A stretch of DNA of 64,000 bases from Owenia fusiformis (GCA_903813345.2 CAIIXF020000001.1:35712001-35776000), one strand, 5' to 3'. Positions 26,001 to 36,672 are shown, counted from the stretch's first letter. Made by a program: numbers and translations. Notes: generated from the sequence alone by a model not told the origin.

Positions 26001-29000
26001 GTACATATATGTTATATATTTCCAGGCCAATGCCGTTTACGTGATAAACAAGACATGGCGATAACCAGTTCTTTACTGTCTCAAGCTACGAATACACCGC
26101 ATTCTTGTACTAGATCCTGCTTTTTGGATTCGAACTGCTTTTGGGCAATGTATAACACCATATTCTATTATTGTGATTTTGTCAATTCTGGCACGACTCC
26201 AACGCTCGGACCTGTAACTTTTGGCGAAGAGGTCTATGAAAAGGTTTGTCCAGGTAAGAGTATTAAAATGCGTACGACTGAACAACGATCTCATCTGAAA
26301 ATCATGGGCTTCACTGGTAATCGGACAAAACGAATGAAGGTTGAGGAGGGGGCGATTTCTCACAGAAAATTTTGAGTTATAGAAAATAAAACAAAGTAAC
26401 ATCTCTCATCCTATAACGTAACGTGTTTGCCGTACTTCAACCCTACTAGAGACGCGTTATACGACATTGTGCAATCGGATATGCAATACGTATGTACATC
26501 GACATGGTGCGATCTGAACGAACTACGAATGAGATGGACGTTTTGGAGACTGTTTATGAACTAAGTACCTAATTATTTTAGACATATTTCACGACTACAG
26601 CCAGATTTAGCCCGTTTTATGGCTTTTTCGTAGGACTAAAAGAACGGGTACAAACTAGTTCGGTGTGATAGGGCGGTTATACCCCCTTACACACCAGACA
26701 AGTTTTCAACCCCAATTTGTTCTACCTCGTTCTCAATACGTCCCTGGTAGGGTTGAAGTATGACAGTTCCGTTCGTAGTACGTACCAATTCGTCTAAAAG
26801 TACGTTCATGACCGCAGACCAGACAGAATATTCTTTCACAAATTATCCAAGTGTCACCTTGGCGCTACGGGATCCACGGTCGCTACAATCCTTTGGAAAA
26901 GAGTATAAGAAAAGGGAATATTGTAAACGGCAGTATAATCATTATAAGTGTATTATATAAAAACAAGGATCCCAAAGTAAAAAGTGATTCCTAAGATATG
27001 AGTTTTATGAAAGAAAGTTTACAGATGGGAGATAACAAGATGCATTCTGCTATGGATGTTAGGAGGAATAATAGTTCTCTAGTTCTCTTAGTTCTCCTAA
27101 GACCCAGTATGGTTTATCTAACTTAAACTCCACATTAACTCATATAAAAAGTAAATGGCCCATGATCCAGTTTTAGAAGAAATTGTTTTTTTTGTATTGA
27201 CTACGAGGTAAGTCAGTTGAGAAGTGAATGGATGTTATTAGTTCAGCTTCGGTGCACTGCATGTTACAGGTCAGGTACAGTTTAAAACTTGATTTATTTT
27301 GTGTTTACTATTCTACTATTGAATGAGTGAATAGGTTGTAATTGGTTCAGCTTAGTGCTGCATGTGACGGTCAATTGTCCTTTGTGCCATACTGGTTTTG
27401 GATAGCTTGCCAAGCGTTAATTCTTCAAAAACAATAGAAAAATAATGCACATATTCTTTATTATAACTGTATATTCTTTAAAATAAACTACAGTTCATTG
27501 TGTTGTGTTGCTAGTAGTATTTGCTACCACTTGAAGAATGCGCTGGCTATGTTTTCTCTTATAAGTTTGTCTCCCAAAAGCTTTAGATAACGATAGACTA
27601 GGGGAAATTACAATGTCACTCTGAAATTAAGTTAACAAAGGGGAGAATAAGAAGGTGCATTCTTAGGCAATAAATCTTGATTGGCTCTTTCAAATAAATC
27701 AAACCATTTCAACTTCCGGTGACCTAGAGGGCAGCACCTGTAGCTAGACTGCGGTTACAAGGCTGTGTCGTGTTGGTGAAGTAGATAACGTGTCCACAGT
27801 TTTAAAGCAAGACTGCAAAAACCATGATTAATTAAGTTTTAAATTATCTGATAAACAACATGTATGCAATTGCAAATTCAAAGGCTGTAGTTATACTCGT
27901 ACATATTTGTTATTTTAGTATGCAGGCAGAATGGTTTTTGTTTACATGATGGTAAATGTAACGAGCCTTACAATTTCACAACTGATAGCTTCGACATTGG
28001 TCCTTGCTTTTGTCAACCTGGCTATACTGGGGAACAATGTGAGACAGGTATGGTATTAAAAATCAGATCAGTTACAACAGTGGTGCTGACATTTTGTTAA
28101 TCATTCCAAACGTTTTAAAATGTTTACTATCATTGTTATAGCCCAGTCAAACTAATGAAAAAATAAGCTTAAGGAAAAACAAATTGCAATAGTATTCAAA
28201 TTAGGTTAGTTGTTTACATCTATTAACCTTGAAATACATACTAAAAATCGAAGAAGTGGAACAATGTTAAAATTTGAATCGAAAATAACCCCTACCCCAC
28301 CCCCTTCAATTTATGAGTGCATGGCTAAAAAACATTTTTCTTAAAGTTGGGGTCTTATTTTTACATAATTTAGCTTGACCACGATTGGATATTGTTTTTC
28401 CTAGAAAATAATATTAATTTCACAAAGAAAAAATGTATTTGTCTTCCAGATACACATATACTAATTCGAGTGTGTGTTTGTTACCAAATGGCAAATGCCA
28501 GTTTCCATAGCAACCAGTGAATATTGTAATTAGATGTTATACATTATTAGGCATATTCCACTCATTATTCGTCGACTCAGATTGATATTTGTATCATAAT
28601 GAAGCAATTAATATGCAATTAGCTCATATGCAAATGAGCTCATTTGCTAATTTATTATGGCATCATATGATGTGTATTTTACTGTCGTCTGCTTTGCGGG
28701 CGGGTAGCGTTTCATTTTTTTCGAAATCACGATTCCAGGAGACCACTTTATGGATTTACTCCAAAAGTTCTAGAGCTGATTAACTTTCCGGTGGCCATCT
28801 TGCATTCTGGCGGCCATCTTGGAAGTTTCTAGATAAATCTTGTCATCACGATTCCAGAAAAATCCAGAGAAAAGATTTATTTCAAATACGCTTTTCACAA
28901 ACCATCAAAATATGTACTTTTCAAGAGTGACCCTTCATAACAAAGAAAAAGGCCGAAAATGTACCCTTTGATGCACCTGTCATACCTGTTACATCATAAT

Positions 29001-32000
29001 GATTATTGAATTATGACTGTGAACGTGTCATATGATATGTGATTCTATTCAAATCACCACAATTATACTCTCCTCTATACGTTTGGCAACCTTAGCTCAC
29101 CCATTGAACTATGTGTGAAAGCCTCTTAACCTTTGGATTTTTATATTATTGATGGAACATAATTTGACTTTATTTCCAATACCTCCAAATTACAATAAGT
29201 CGAAAATTGTTGATAAATTTAATGAATTTTTGAAAATTGACATTCCCATGTTAACCAATAGGAAATTGTAGGTTTGCCGCAAGTCATATGACAGAATATC
29301 CATCCATCCGAGTCCTTGCAAAAATACGAATTAGGCAGGCAATTGAATTTGCTAACTTTATTTAAGAAAAATTGATATGTTTCTTTAGGTTCAACAAGGT
29401 TATAGGGCTTTAAAGTCAAAATTGTTTTTCAAAAAACCTCTCCCATTGAAATAACACAGGAGGCGAAAAATGATTTTCAAAAATGTCTTTGAAGCGCTGT
29501 AACGTTAGTACTTATCAAATGAACTAAACACTTAGCGTACAAAAAAGTTAGACAATTCAATTTTCTATATAAAGATATTTTTGCTAAATCTTTTACTGAA
29601 AAGATATCCTGATTTCTGATTTGCACCGAACCCTCCATTTCCTATTGGATTACATGGTAATGACGATTCTCAAAAATTCATCAAATTTATCATCAATTTT
29701 TGACCTATTGTAATTGAGGAAAAAAATGAGAAAATTTGGAGGTATTGGAAATAAAGTCAAGTTACGTTTCCATCAATATTATAAGTTATTTCAACGCCAG
29801 TTAAGTAAATAAAAACTCAAACGTAAACAGGCTTTAACACGTACTTAAATTGGTGAGCTAACGTTGCCAATCTTATGGATGGGGAGTGTATGTTGTTTTC
29901 TCTTTATCTATTAAAGAAACATACATATAACAAAGCCAACCTAAAGATCTGATCTTGATTTACGTGATAGTACTCTTATATTTAGACACAAAGTTGATTG
30001 GTATTGTAAGAGTTACAATTGTTACGAGGTAAACACAATACAAATATATATCATATTCTGCAACGAATATGGCATATTCACTTGCGGTGTATGCCAGATT
30101 AACCTGCGGTATATGGCACACTAACCAATGATACCGCGATACAGAATTACATAATTTTCAAATACATCGATTCAACGAACATGCTAAAGTCTATGAATTA
30201 TTATTATGATTACTGAATAAATATCTTAGTGCATTGAAAATTTCAACTAATACAATTTAATAACATACACCAGTATGGTACCTGTATTGTTTGATGTTGT
30301 TTTATGTATGTGTTCCACAGAAAAACACTCCTCAAGGGGAAAATTATGATGTATAAATAAACGAACCTACGTTCGTAAAGCATATAAGTGATTTTTTAAA
30401 ACCAAATCAACAGTTGAAAAAATCCAGATAAAAACACGAGTATTTACATATTGTATTGATTATCATGATTTACACATTGCTGATACTTTCAGGAGTATCA
30501 TTCGTAGTTTTACATTTAGAATCGATTCTTTCGACCAATCAAATCGAGGCTTTCTGTATCGCGTTTTCACCTGCTGTATATGGCATATTAGGCAGTTGAG
30601 TATGCCATATTCCGTAGAAGAGTATGACATATTTTGCAGTGAGTATCTGATATTCACTAAAAATCAATGTATCGCATATTTACTGAGGAATATGCCATAT
30701 TCACCTGCGGAATATGCCATATACCCCAGGTGAGTATGGTATATTTATCCATATCACAAATACCGCACAACCATGAATATATGCCATATTACGCGTAACA
30801 ACTATAAGAATATGACTGGAATATGTAAGTACTGGTGCTAAAGGGTAAGGACTCAAAAATTGTTCAGAACAAAGTAAGAAAAAGATAACATTTAAGTATA
30901 GATCACAGGAAAAGCAAACCCAAACTATCCAAAACCATAAAAATTGTACCTTTGAGCCTCCGAAATTTTGTTCACAAACGAACCGTTTCAGTAACCAGGT
31001 TATTAATCAAATGGCCATCACCAGTGAGATTACTTTACGATTACTTAATTGTAAAATTACTTTCAAAGAATTGCAGGCATTTGAAACATATCTTTTTCCC
31101 TAGGGGGTATATTTTTCAAGGGGAGGGGGTACCAAAAAATGATTTTTCCACGAAACTGATCTTGGTAAATTTTTCGTATGTCATTCCATATATTTATATG
31201 AATTGAAAAAATAAAATTTAATTACTATTGCAATTAGTTTTGGGTCAAAGGAGTGAGGTCTCAACATTGTGGACATTTACATATGTGCTTTTATGAGAAA
31301 TTAGCAAAGAAATTTTTAAACGGTCTGTTTCATTCAATGGAAGGTTAGTCATATGTCAATAAGCACACTGATCGCTGTCTAAAATTGTTATTGCCTTAAC
31401 CTGTTCTATTTAGTGCAAGCATAGATTGTTTTAAATGCCTATTTTCAAAATGCAACCAAATAATGTTATAGACAGGCAATGGCATCAATTTTGTAAAAAG
31501 ATGTGAAACAGAACATGACTATTTTTAAAGGAAACAGATACCCTTTTATGTGGATTTCGCTATAGCTATACCATTAACATGTTATTGATTGTAATAGACA
31601 TGTCCACAGACGAACCAACAACAACCACAGAAATAACCACACAAGATCCAACAACACCCACAGAAATGACCACACAAGATCCAGCAACAACCACAGAAGT
31701 TACCACACAAGGTCCTACAACAACCACTGAAGTGACCACACAAGGTCCAACAACAACCACAGAAGTGACCACACAAAGTCCAACAACATCCACAGAAATT
31801 ATCACACAAGATCCAACAACAACCACAGAAGTTACCACACAAGGTCCTACAACAACCACTGAAGTTACCACACAAGGTCCTACAACAACCACAGAAGTGA
31901 CCACACAAGGTCCAACAACAACCACAGAAGTTACCACACAAGGTCCAACAACACCCACAGAAGTTACCACACAAGGTCCAACAACAACCACAGAAGTTAC

Positions 32001-35000
32001 CACACAAGGTCCAACAACACCCACAGAAGTTACCACACAAGGTCCTACAGAAGTGACCACACAAAGTCCAACAACATCCACAGAAATGTCTACACAAAGT
32101 CCAACAACATCCACAGAAATGTCTACACAAGGTCCAACAACACCCACAGAAATGTCTACACAAAGTCCAACAACATCCACAGAAATGACCACACAAGGTT
32201 CAACAACATCCACAGAAATGTCCACACAAGATCCCATAACATCCACGAAGCTGTCCACAGAAGGTCCAAAAGTAACCACAGGCATGTTCACATCATTAGC
32301 ACTATCAGGGGGTGGAATCGCGTAGAGTATTTTCGTGGAATACAAACCAAGCAAGTATTTCTAGGAAAATACTCCTTGCATTTCCACTCATTGACTATAC
32401 TGTGTTGAATGATGCAACACTTTTTATACATAAAAAGATGCTTAACTATTTTCTCCGTGGCAATTTTTCGTTATTCCTTTTTGTTTGGATTTTAACACCA
32501 TACAATGGCGAATCAAGAAGATAACAAGGGGGGGGGGGCAAATTTTGAGTCATGAAAAAATGAGCCCTTATAACCCAAAATTGGGCCCAATTTTGATAAT
32601 TTGGCCTAAACATTTTTTGAGGCCCAAGTTTTGAGGCCCTACAAAATTTTTGAGCCCGAAAATTGTTTGGTGCCCTAAAAGAATTTCTGGGCCCACAAAA
32701 GGGAAGGGGGCAGCCATGGGTCCCCCTGGATCCGCCAGTGCCATAACAATAACTACCCAATATGCAACTTTTAACCGAGTAGAAAATTATTATCAAACTG
32801 AGGAAATGACAGAAGTTTTCAATAGTATTAAATAGTAGTAAAGGACGCCTGCGCCGTTTACAGTAACTTCGCCTTTGATCAAAACTGGGTAACAACAGAA
32901 TTCCTACAAAATCATGAATGAAATAGCTATTGCATAGAGTCCTTTATTTTGTCAAAATTTAAGTATATTTCAAGTTAAAAAATGAATTGTGCTAAATTAT
33001 TGCTATTTCTTCGTAAAATGTCATGCTCCGGCCTATTGCCAAAATTATTCGATTGCACCCTATGGTATTATGTTTTAACTGACGTGGTTTGTTACAGAGT
33101 GTGCTCGTTCTCAATGTCAACATAATGGAACATGCTATGGCGATGCCACTAGATTTACATGCAATTGTACCTCATCATACAGAGGTGACTTCTGTGAAAT
33201 AGGTAAACAGATAAATAGTAGCCGGGACAGAACAAGTCAAAGCATTCCTAACTTACAAAATCTTTTGTTAAAGTCATAATCAATTAGTAGGTCAGAATTC
33301 AAGAAACAATCCCTAAATTTAGCTTGTATCAAATATCACAAATGAGACATATTTTTAGGTGGTGTTTGACTTTTTCTGTCACGGCTACTATATACATTAT
33401 CTCTATTCGCATTGCACAATATATGCACACTGGTATTTATGATGTTTTATTCACGCATAATTACTAAAGGCATGTTATATCAAATTCAGAATCAGATCAT
33501 AGATATTCAATATTTTACAACAGCCGAACGATTGTTATGGGAAACTTAGTCAAATTGATGAACATTAACATTTTCAGAAATAAATGAATGCCGAAGTTCA
33601 CCATGTCTAAATCGAGGGACTTGTGTTGATCAATTGGGAATGTTTATATGCAGATGTCTTGTAGGTTTTACAGGGACATTGTGTGAAACAGGTACTGGAT
33701 ATTTTCTATAACAGTAGTACAGTATATACACTCCCCTCCATAAGTTTGGCAACCCTAACTACCTCATTGAACTACGTGTTAAAGCCTCTTTATGTTTGAA
33801 TTTCTACTTACATAACCTGTGAGGTAAATACTCATAGCATTGATTGAAATGTAACTTGACTTCATTTCAATGCCTCCAGATTTTCCCAATTTTTTCCTCA
33901 ATTACAATAGGTCGAAAATTGATGATAAATTTGATGAATTTTTGAATATCGTCATTCCCACGTAAACCAATGGGAAATGGTGGGTTCAAGGCAAATCTAA
34001 TTTAAGTATATCTAACCAAGAAAAGATTGTCTATCTTTTTTTTACCTCACATGTTATGTAAATAGAAATTCAAACATAAACGCCAAGTGTTCAGTTTACT
34101 TTATGAATACTAAAGTACAGAGCTTCAAAGTCATTTTTGAAAATCATTTTTCGCCCCCTGTGCTATTTCAATGGGAGGAGTTTTTTGAAGACCCTGAAGA
34201 AACTTATCAATTTTATCAAACGAAGTTAGCAAATTCAATTGACAACTTAACTTGTCTTTTTTGCAAGAACTCAGATGGATGAATTTTCAAATATCCATCA
34301 GATTTATCATCAATTTTCCACCTATCGTAATTGAGGAAAAGTGGGTATATTTGAAGGCATCTGAAATGAAGTCAAAATACATTCCCATCAATATTATAAG
34401 TATTTTCCTTGCAGGTTATGGAAATAAAATTCAAACATATAAAGAGACTTTAACACGTAGTTCAATGAAGGAGCTAAGGTTGCCAAACTTTTGGAGGGGA
34501 GTGTATTAGTCGAATTTTATATATGTTTTAAATATTTATTTATATCATCTCATGATTGAAGAATTAGAATAAGGTACGTCTAACAGATTTGATCCGTTAT
34601 ATTATTGTCATTAACCCAACTATCACACCAAACTCTAGTGCTCACTACGTTCTCGAAAACGGGCTTCAACTGTGTTCGAAGGGACTGGACGTACTTAGAG
34701 CCGTTTGGGGTCTATTTACAAATGTCATCGAACGTACTCGAACGGGTAGGTCCTCTAGAACTTAGAACATGCTCAAAATGTTCTCGTGGTCGATAGTTCT
34801 ACAATTAGAACGAGTGACAACGTACTAACGACGAGCTGGACGTACTACGAATTCGAACGGAACCGTCGTACTTCAATCCTACTAGGGACGTTTTAATAAC
34901 GAGTTGAACTGTCTGAGGACGTATTGAGAACGAGGTAGAACTAATTGCAAACGGGTTTAAACTGATTAAGAACGTATTTAAGACTGCTTATGAACGAGTT

Positions 35001-36494
35001 AGCAAAAATATAGCTATCACACCAAACAAGGTGCCACTGCGTTCTTCAAAGCTGGTTTTAAACTGTGTGCGAACGGAATGAACGTAGCTACAACTTTCTA
35101 AGGTATATTTACGAACTTCCTGAACGTTCCTAGACGGGAAGGTGATTTTAAAATTTTGAATCGATTCAAAATTCGATCGCGACCATATCGTTCTGTAATC
35201 AGGTCATGATGACCTTCTAGACTAAGGGACGCGTTATACGACGTTGCACACCGACGATGTGCGACCTGAACGAACTGCGAATGAGATGGACGCGTTGAAG
35301 ACTGTTTATGAACGAAGTAGCTAATTATTTTAGACATATTTCCCGACCACATCCAGATTGAGCCCGTTTTACGACTTTTCGTAGGACTGGCAAGAACGCG
35401 TAAGAACTAGTTCGGTGTGTAAGCAATGTTCATTCATCAAATTGGAATAAGTAATCTTTGAAGGCTTCTTTAAAATAATAGATTTTGAAAATACCCCCAA
35501 GTCACACCAAACGATGTCTCAATGCATGCGTTCTTTAAACGTATGGCCGAAATGGCTAAAATTGTGTGCGAACGGATTGGACGTAGTCGGTTATTACGGT
35601 CTTTTAACGGGCTTCATGGACTTGCTCGGATGGGAAGGTCATCCTGAACCTGAGCCTGTTCAAAATTTTGATGGAGTCATCTTCGTTTTATCTCCTTCAT
35701 TCTTTATAGTCACTCGTTATTCCAAGCAAATACACCCAAAACAAAATAAATAGTTCTGAAGGACTTGACAACACCATTTCCTGACGTTTTTTAAGTTCGC
35801 AGTTGGTTTTCTTTCAAATCAACTCCTTTTTAGTGTTCAAGATTGTCAATGAACAAAATGCAATTCAAAATCATTGGTTTCTGACAAAAAAGATCAAAAT
35901 ATATCTATTTCATCCTAATCTCAGTCTGCCCAATGTAATTTTCGTCCCCATAGATATGGATGACTGCTTTGCTGATACATGCTTGAATAATGGTACATGT
36001 GTAGATTTCCCCAACAACTTTCGATGTGATTGTAATGGGAATTACACCGGCAGAAGATGCGATCAAGGTAAATGTAAAGAAAATTTCATTACAAATAGTT
36101 ATTAAAAGTCGTTATCCAGCAACTGGGTATTAGTGATAAGTAGTATAGGAATAAGTTGCCTAATTACACTGCAATGTGCGATCTTAAGTTTGGACGTTTT
36201 TCAATTTGATATTTTTCAGAAAATATTTACAGACCTCCAAAATATGAACATTTTGAAGCAGATGATCGGCCCTCGGCTAAGATTATTGGATCAATGGGAT
36301 TAGTTATCATAGGGATTTTCATTGGTGGTGTTATATTCCTAGATAGTACTTCTCTGATCAGAGAAATCAGCAGAATGCTCAAAAATATTAAAAGGATGTG
36401 CTTTAAGAAAAGTCCATCAAAAAAAACATTGATGGAAAACACTACAGCCGAAGTGGAAGTAATGGAATCAGAAAGTGTAGCTGAGGTAAGCTGA
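8039..36494 (+). CDS. 12-exon gene for an ~800-aa type-I membrane mosaic protein: SP - Cys motif - PAN - C-type lectin - PAN - EGF - mucin-like Thr repeats - 3xEGF - TM - tail. join(8039..8090,15580..15645,17060..17308,21393..21573,23620..23825,26026..26253,27919..28047,31598..32281,33098..33202,33578..33691,35954..36067,36220..36494)
   Basis: All junctions have AG acceptors and GT donors (one probable GC) and are phase-compatible. Exon lengths sum to 2403 nt (800 aa plus stop). Domain Cys patterns are recognisable in each exon. Confidence 0.82.
9127..10170. repeat. Three tandem copies of a ~340-bp unit
   Basis: TAACATTGATTT recurs at ~9127, ~9473 and ~9809; each unit contains GTTCAACATCAATACAGAAAA...ATGGCCGCCATTTTTGTCTC. 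Confidence 0.85.
11152..11674. mobile_element. MITE with 9-bp TSD nested in the Academ-like element (Mutator-like TSD length)
   Basis: TGTAAAATA at 11143-11151 and 11675-11683. TIR CCCAGGGGTTCACT / AGTGAACCCCCTGGG. Internal degenerate ~32-bp repeats. Confidence 0.88.
11960..13970 (+). pseudogene. Degenerate RLE-type non-LTR retrotransposon ORF (Hero-like): RT, CCHC knuckle and restriction-like endonuclease fragments
   Basis: [10 protein letters not shown] (13345), [38 protein letters not shown] (to 13968), ELTVP (12043) and PIEVGCR (12140). Many stops and frameshifts. Confidence 0.85.
15580..15645 (+). CDS. Exon 2: end of signal peptide plus short Cys motif ([22 protein letters not shown])
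   Basis: TTTTGTAG acceptor, TACTAAT branch-like motif at 15555-15561, GTAAGT donor, 66 nt, phase 1-1. Confidence 0.75.
15985..16400 (-). mobile_element. Non-autonomous element: long hairpin plus inverted-repeat-bounded module
   Basis: Hairpin at ~15993-16131. Perfect 16-bp IR TATTATCCTACACTTA (16135) / TAAGTGTAGGATAATA (16391). Absent from the paralogous segment at ~18420-18450. Confidence 0.75.
17060..17308 (+). CDS. Exon 3: PAN/apple-like domain
   Basis: [27 protein letters not shown] matches the PAN C-x3-C-x5-C-x2-Y-x-Y...C core. TTTCAG acceptor, GTAAGT donor, 249 nt, phase 1-1. Confidence 0.85.
18046..18209 (+). pseudogene. Candidate frameshifted PAN-like exon (pseudo-exon or homopolymer error) in intron 3
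   Basis: TTTTTCAG acceptor. [41 protein letters not shown] resembles exon 6 (TPxxCxRxC). G|GTGAGG donor at 18210. Length is 164 nt, one short of in-frame. Confidence 0.45.
18822..20342 (-). mobile_element. Solo LTR (Gypsy-like) interrupted by a Tc1-type MITE
   Basis: TGTAAC...GTTACA termini with ATAT TSD (18818-18821, 20343-20346); TTTATT (minus-strand AATAAA) near 19495. Confidence 0.7.
18881..19439. mobile_element. Tc1/mariner-type MITE (second copy, inverted, at 60676-61233)
   Basis: TA|CAGGGTGGTCAAAA...TTTGACCACCCTG|TA; internal sequence matches 60676-61233 in reverse complement. Confidence 0.9.
20350..20957. mobile_element. Foldback-type MITE with ~250-bp inverted arms (partial related copy at ~2300-2560)
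   Basis: 20430-20610 is the reverse complement of ~20700-20880 (e.g. AAGTATTGGAGCGCT, TTCCAATATGGCGGTTT); TTAA at both outer ends. Confidence 0.75.
21393..21573 (+). CDS. Exon 4: C-type lectin domain, N-terminal half
   Basis: CYWIS...[25 protein letters not shown] is the canonical CTLD start. CAG acceptor, GTATGT donor (phase 1-2). Confidence 0.9.
22411..22930. mobile_element. Palindromic MITE with CAC...GTG termini and 5-bp TSD (Transib-like)
   Basis: GTTTA|CACGCCCGGTGATCGTACAAAATGGATGG ... CCATCCATTTTGTACTATCACCGGGCGTG|GTTTA. ~185-bp arms with an internal ~90-bp duplication. Confidence 0.85.
23020..23400. mobile_element. Degenerate inverted-repeat element (related copy at ~54430-54950)
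   Basis: AGCTCATCCAAGC/GCTTGGATGAGCT and TGCAAATTA/TAATTTGCA arms; shares ACCCGCGG...AAAAAGAACAA.AGCCC with ~54460-54530. Confidence 0.55.
23620..23825 (+). CDS. Exon 5: C-type lectin domain, C-terminal half (missed by the ORF track)
   Basis: [68 protein letters not shown], containing WIGL, W-x-NGT, W-x3-EP and W-x4-C...YMCE. AAG acceptor, GTGAGT donor (phase 2-1). Confidence 0.92.
24802..25100 (+). repeat. Dispersed repeat beginning TGTTACGCG; inverted homolog of 30490-30800
   Basis: TGTTACGCG.AATATGGCA.ATATTCATGGTTGTGCGGTATTTGTGATA occurs here and as the reverse complement ending at 30800. Confidence 0.8.
25110..25874 (+). mobile_element. PIF/Harbinger-type MITE family A, copy 1
   Basis: TTA|CCCTACTATCACACCAAAC...GTTTGGTGTGATAGGGGGG|TTA (3-bp TWA TSD); near-identical copies elsewhere in the window. 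Confidence 0.9.
26026..26253 (+). CDS. Exon 6: second PAN/apple-like domain
   Basis: [12 protein letters not shown]...[21 protein letters not shown]...YCDF...VYEKVCP. TTCCAG acceptor, GTAAGA donor, 228 nt, phase 1-1. Confidence 0.85.
26435..26800. mobile_element. Harbinger MITE family A, deleted fragments
   Basis: Matches the 3' part of family A (ends TAGTTCGGTGTGATAGGGCGG), followed by a reverse-oriented fragment. Confidence 0.75.
27919..28047 (+). CDS. Exon 7: EGF-like domain 1
   Basis: [43 protein letters not shown] (6 Cys, CxCxxGYxGxxC). TAG acceptor, GTATGG donor, 129 nt. Confidence 0.9.
29066..29888. mobile_element. TA-flanked Tc1/mariner-type MITE family (CACTCCCCTCCATAAG TIR), copy 1
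   Basis: Degenerate left TIR; right end GGGGAGTG|TA; homologous to 33729-34503 and 57457-58102. Confidence 0.8.
30020..30800 (-). mobile_element. TGTTACG...CGTAACA-bounded repeat element of the same family as 24802-25100
   Basis: Short inverted termini and internal AATATGGCATATTC sub-repeats; no TSD detected. Confidence 0.6.
31598..32281 (+). CDS. Exon 8: mucin-like stalk, ~20 copies of the 11-aa (33-bp) repeat [11 protein letters not shown]
   Basis: Open frame through the tandem array. TAG acceptor at 31595-31597. The best phase-1 donor is AG|GCATGT at 32282, so the 3' boundary is less certain. Confidence 0.85.
33098..33202 (+). CDS. Exon 9: EGF-like domain 2
   Basis: [38 protein letters not shown] acceptor, GTAAAC donor, 105 nt, phase 1-1. 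Confidence 0.9.
   Translation, partial: SVLVLNVNIMEHAMAMPLDLHAIVPHHTEVTSVK
33578..33691 (+). CDS. Exon 10: calcium-binding EGF domain 3
   Basis: [38 protein letters not shown], a Notch-type cbEGF consensus. 114 nt, phase 1-1. Confidence 0.93.
33729..34503. mobile_element. Same MITE family, copy 2
   Basis: TA|CACTCCCCTCCATAAGTTTGGCAACC ... GGTTGCCAAACTTTTGGAGGGGAGTG|TA. Confidence 0.9.
34615..35419 (+). mobile_element. Harbinger MITE family A, copy 2 (right TIR clipped)
   Basis: Colinear with 25110-25874 and 38080-38878. Confidence 0.88.
35954..36067 (+). CDS. Exon 11: calcium-binding EGF domain 4
   Basis: [41 protein letters not shown] acceptor, GTAAAT donor, 114 nt. Confidence 0.93.
36220..36494 (+). 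CDS. Exon 12: juxtamembrane, transmembrane helix and cytoplasmic tail
   Basis: [64 protein letters not shown]...EVS*. TTTTTCAG acceptor; basic residues follow the TM. Confidence 0.88.
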
Positions 36495-36672
36495 TTTGGT
36501 AGCAGGTGGAGTATTTGGAGAATGTGGAAAACATCCTCCTCTTATTAAACATACGACACCGTGATTTTGTATATATTTTTTATAGATATCAATATTTTTA
36601 TAGACAATCTGACAATTGATAATTGTAGAAATTTAAAACACTCTTACATTTGATTTGATTGATGTGAATGCA

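Noticed and set aside
31566..32354. Minus-strand Val-rich (262 aa) and Cys-rich CGCCW (204 aa) ORFs resembling metallothionein or keratin-associated proteins
   Set aside because: They are antisense shadows of the stop-free 33-bp mucin repeat. The plus frame has splice sites and fits the gene.
33181..33189. RGD tripeptide in EGF2
   Set aside because: It falls in the constrained Y-x-G-x-x-C end of the EGF, where the Gly is structural, not in an exposed loop; probably chance.
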